This document shows positions 61,085-64,000 of a stretch of 64,000 nucleotides of DNA, piece after piece. Origin of the DNA: Laetmonice hystrix (Eukaryota); NCBI GenBank assembly GCA_965235115.1, contig OZ249447.1, forward strand, positions 19,158,001 to 19,222,000. The letters are read 5' to 3'. The position numbers were made by a program, and so were the translations under genes. Each line of letters begins with the position of its first letter. The stretch's first letter is position 1. A model generated the notes under the pieces. The model searched no databases. It saw only the letters and a list, made by a program, of their open reading frames with translations, and had not been told where the DNA came from.

Positions 61085-61739
61085 GAGGTTGAAGAACTGC
61101 GAGACCTCCAAAATGTGGCACCTGGACTGCCGATCTTCTTCATCAAAGTCCCGCCACCAGTCAAATATGAACTTCATCACAACCTGTTTAATAATGCTCA
61201 GAGTTCACCCATACGGACTATACAAAATACTCTGGAGCGCCATAATGTGCCAAGTGACGTTGATCTTCTGGGGAGTGAGAGTAACAATGACAGAACAATG
61301 CCAACATCAATGACATTATTTCAACAACTGCTGAATTTAGGATATTTGAGTATGCTGCCGTCGACTTCTTTGCCACAGAATGATGCAGACTGCTATCGAG
61401 TCGAGAGTGAACTGATAGAAAAATACTCAAACTTTAAAAATATTGTACTCTTTGTACGGCAAGTACTACGGAGCTACCTGGTCCGAGCAACAAATCTATT
61501 AAATGTCGTACACACTCGGTGCTTGCAAAACTTTATCCTGACAGCTTTTGATATGCAGCGGGACATGATTATCACCCCGCGGAAGTTAGAGTTTGCCCGG
61601 ACAAAAGAGACAGAGTTGTTTGCGTTATTGATGGAGATGGCGCTGAAGAAACAGGATGAGATCAGAAGGATTATTGCCGAGACGATAGCAGATATGAGGG
61701 ATGATCTCCTACAGAGAGCTGCTGACTTTGAGTTTCATG
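61085..61739 (+). CDS. DSTYK: DSTYK coding exon 3 (gene continues beyond window)
   Basis: ttgcag / gtgagt; PIFFIKVP, FQQLLNLGYL and AFDMQRDMIITPRKLEFAR..E.ELF..LM..A..KQDE are diagnostic of DSTYK. Confidence 0.95.
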
Positions 61740-64000
61740 GTGAGTCGTTATCTCTAGAATATCTCTGGAGTTTCTGAAGATCCAAAAAGTTTTTTTCATG
61801 GAGCAAGGGTCATTTCCACACAAGTCTGTGTGACTGAGATGATCCAAAAAATCTGACAGACTCCTGACTACAAGTTCAGCTTTTTCCAGATCTATATGTA
61901 CCAACAGACCTCCTGGGCCTTAGTAGAAAGTTGTAGAATTGTAGAATTGTCATGATTATCATAATTAAAATAAAACATTTTTATTATCTTGAGGATTAGA
62001 AATAAACAAGGCTAGATAAACTCTCCTACATCTTCTAAATTGGACTTCCTGCCGACTCCTAAGTAAAGAAATCAGGTTCATAATAAAAAAGTCAGTTGAA
62101 CAGCTAATTGCAATTTGTGATGATCGTTGATTTATGATGAACAAGATCATCATCATGAAGATGTACATGAAGTCCAGCTTTAAGTCTGAAGATTTTCTGG
62201 GGAATCCTCCTGCGTCAGACATAGTGATCATCTGGATTAAAAATTAGCTGCAAGACTTAGGAAATTACTCTGATTTTTTTGTGAAATGGGCATGTTGTCC
62301 CTAACAACAATGTGTGCTGTGACTTTGTGTGGTAATACTGCTAGGTGACAGAAATGAAAGCTCTAAAATACAATAGTGAATGATGCAAGTCTATTCCTAA
62401 GATACCAAGCACATAGACCTCTTTCAAGTGGGCGGTCAGCCCTTGTAAACATCCCTTAACTCCAAGAGTGTGAAGAGTCAATATTTGGCTACACTTTAGT
62501 CAGAAGTAGAAGATACTAAAGGCTAAAACAGTCTTTATCACAGCAGTGACAGGCATAAATACGATGAAGTGTTTTTCTACCTCAGAGAGCAGACAATGTG
62601 AGGTGGTATAGAGTGAGGTTGACCTCGATAAGGTAGTGTTCTGTGCCAGTGACCTCTATATGAGAACTGTAACCAGCCAAGAGAAACCACACCCTCATAC
62701 TTCCCCCGTTGCACTTGCATATATGGCTATGTGTTACACATTTCAAGATACAGCCCGCCAAAGTTCGGTCACAAAAATAATCTAACAAATTATTGGTAAA
62801 TTTATGAAAAAAATTATGCAAAGTGATCAATCTTTAATAGCAACACATACATGTATATGACCAAATGCACGATTCCTATCTGACTGAAGCAGTTTTAGCA
62901 AAAAGTCTAAAAAGTAACAAATTATAAAGTCATGTGACTCTAATAATATAGGTCAGATAATTTGAAAACATTCCTATATTATTAGAGCTGTCACTGGTCA
63001 CAGTATAGAGGTATTCACTTTAATTATAAGAAAATTTCTCAAATATGATACAATGTTAAAACATAGGTAAAGGTGTTCCTCAAGTTAATGATTAATTTTA
63101 AATTAGGTGTTCACTAATCCAGGTTTTACTGTATAGAGGCAGTTAGAGTTACTGTTAGAGGCACTAACCCAGTATTGGCCAAAAAAATGAGTGGTGTCTG
63201 ATTTTTACTGGTCAGTGATATAGAATTCTAGGTTAAGCCACAAAGCCCACCACCCACACTGGTCAGTTGGAGGATGATGGGGGTAATTGTGCCAATGGTG
63301 ACAGGTGTATATCTATCACCAGCTGTGGGTGGCGGAATGTTGGTGACCCTTCCCCCCCTCACCCATGGATCTCTGTCCCGTGTGCAGTCAGCCTTCAAGC
63401 CCCCATGCTGTTAACTTGGCAACATACAGAACATCTATACATGTACACAATGTACCTCGGTACACCACTGGTTCCAGTCGACGTCTCACGTTTAATTCAT
63501 TACAGGACCTAGTCCCAGCTTTTTTAAAAATTCTCACCTTGAATAAAACTTACTTTAAAAAAAAAAGCAGACCAGCCAATCAGAAGCCTGTTAGTTTACT
63601 TAAGTAAGCTTTACTCAGAGAATTTTTGAAAAACTGTGCCCTGATAGTAACATGGCCTAGGTTACCATTACAAAGCATGATGCCTTTTTCATGCCTGGGA
63701 ACTACCATGAACCCCCCCCCCCCCCCAACCGTGCGTGTGTAAAGGCTCTCTCTGCGTGACACCACATATCCTCATGAGGTTACTTCACTTGGTGTCAGCA
63801 GACAGCTAGTTTATATCTAGGACACTTGACCCAGTTTCTGCCTCCTGGTTCAAACTTATCTGACTTTTATGAAGGTCAGTCATGGTTGTTTGCTTATGTA
63901 ACCGTTCAGTAAGCTTACTGTAGCTTCTGGCTCATGACAGCCATATATACATGAAACACCGTCAGGGATATTGGGCTTACATTGCATAATCAAAAGTAAA

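Noticed and set aside
61740-64000. DSTYK exon 4
   Set aside because: No open, homologous AG-flanked segment found; it presumably lies beyond the window.

Overview
Animal (eukaryotic) genomic DNA with spliceosomal GT-AG introns and a dense transposon and minisatellite load; the repeat types suggest a marine invertebrate, but the species cannot be determined. Two genes lie head-to-head around about 53-55.7 kb. (1) Minus strand: a multi-exon gene (coding exons traced from 52928 down to 13780; the 3' exons were not found and probably lie left of the window) for a type II membrane protein with TM anchor, Lys/Pro-rich linker, two tandem ILEI/PANDER (FAM3/POMGNT1-stem-like lectin) domains and a POMGNT1/MGAT1-like GT13 glycosyltransferase domain with degenerate catalytic motifs. 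The most striking signals are a pair of paralogous 127-nt exons (30166-30292 and 27563-27689) that can only be used mutually exclusively and swap part of the second lectin domain, and three candidate 6/6/12-nt phase-1 microexons in the linker. (2) Plus strand: coding exons 1-3 of DSTYK (55746-61739), continuing beyond the window. Introns contain a Russian-doll nest of three non-autonomous elements with 8-bp TSDs plus relatives near the promoter, a probable decayed Mutator-like transposase, a Helentron-type HINE, Harbinger-, Tc/mariner- and hAT-like MITEs, a tRNA-derived SINE, a LINE relic, seven or more minisatellites and a 154-N assembly gap. All calls come from manual reading; no database searches were run.
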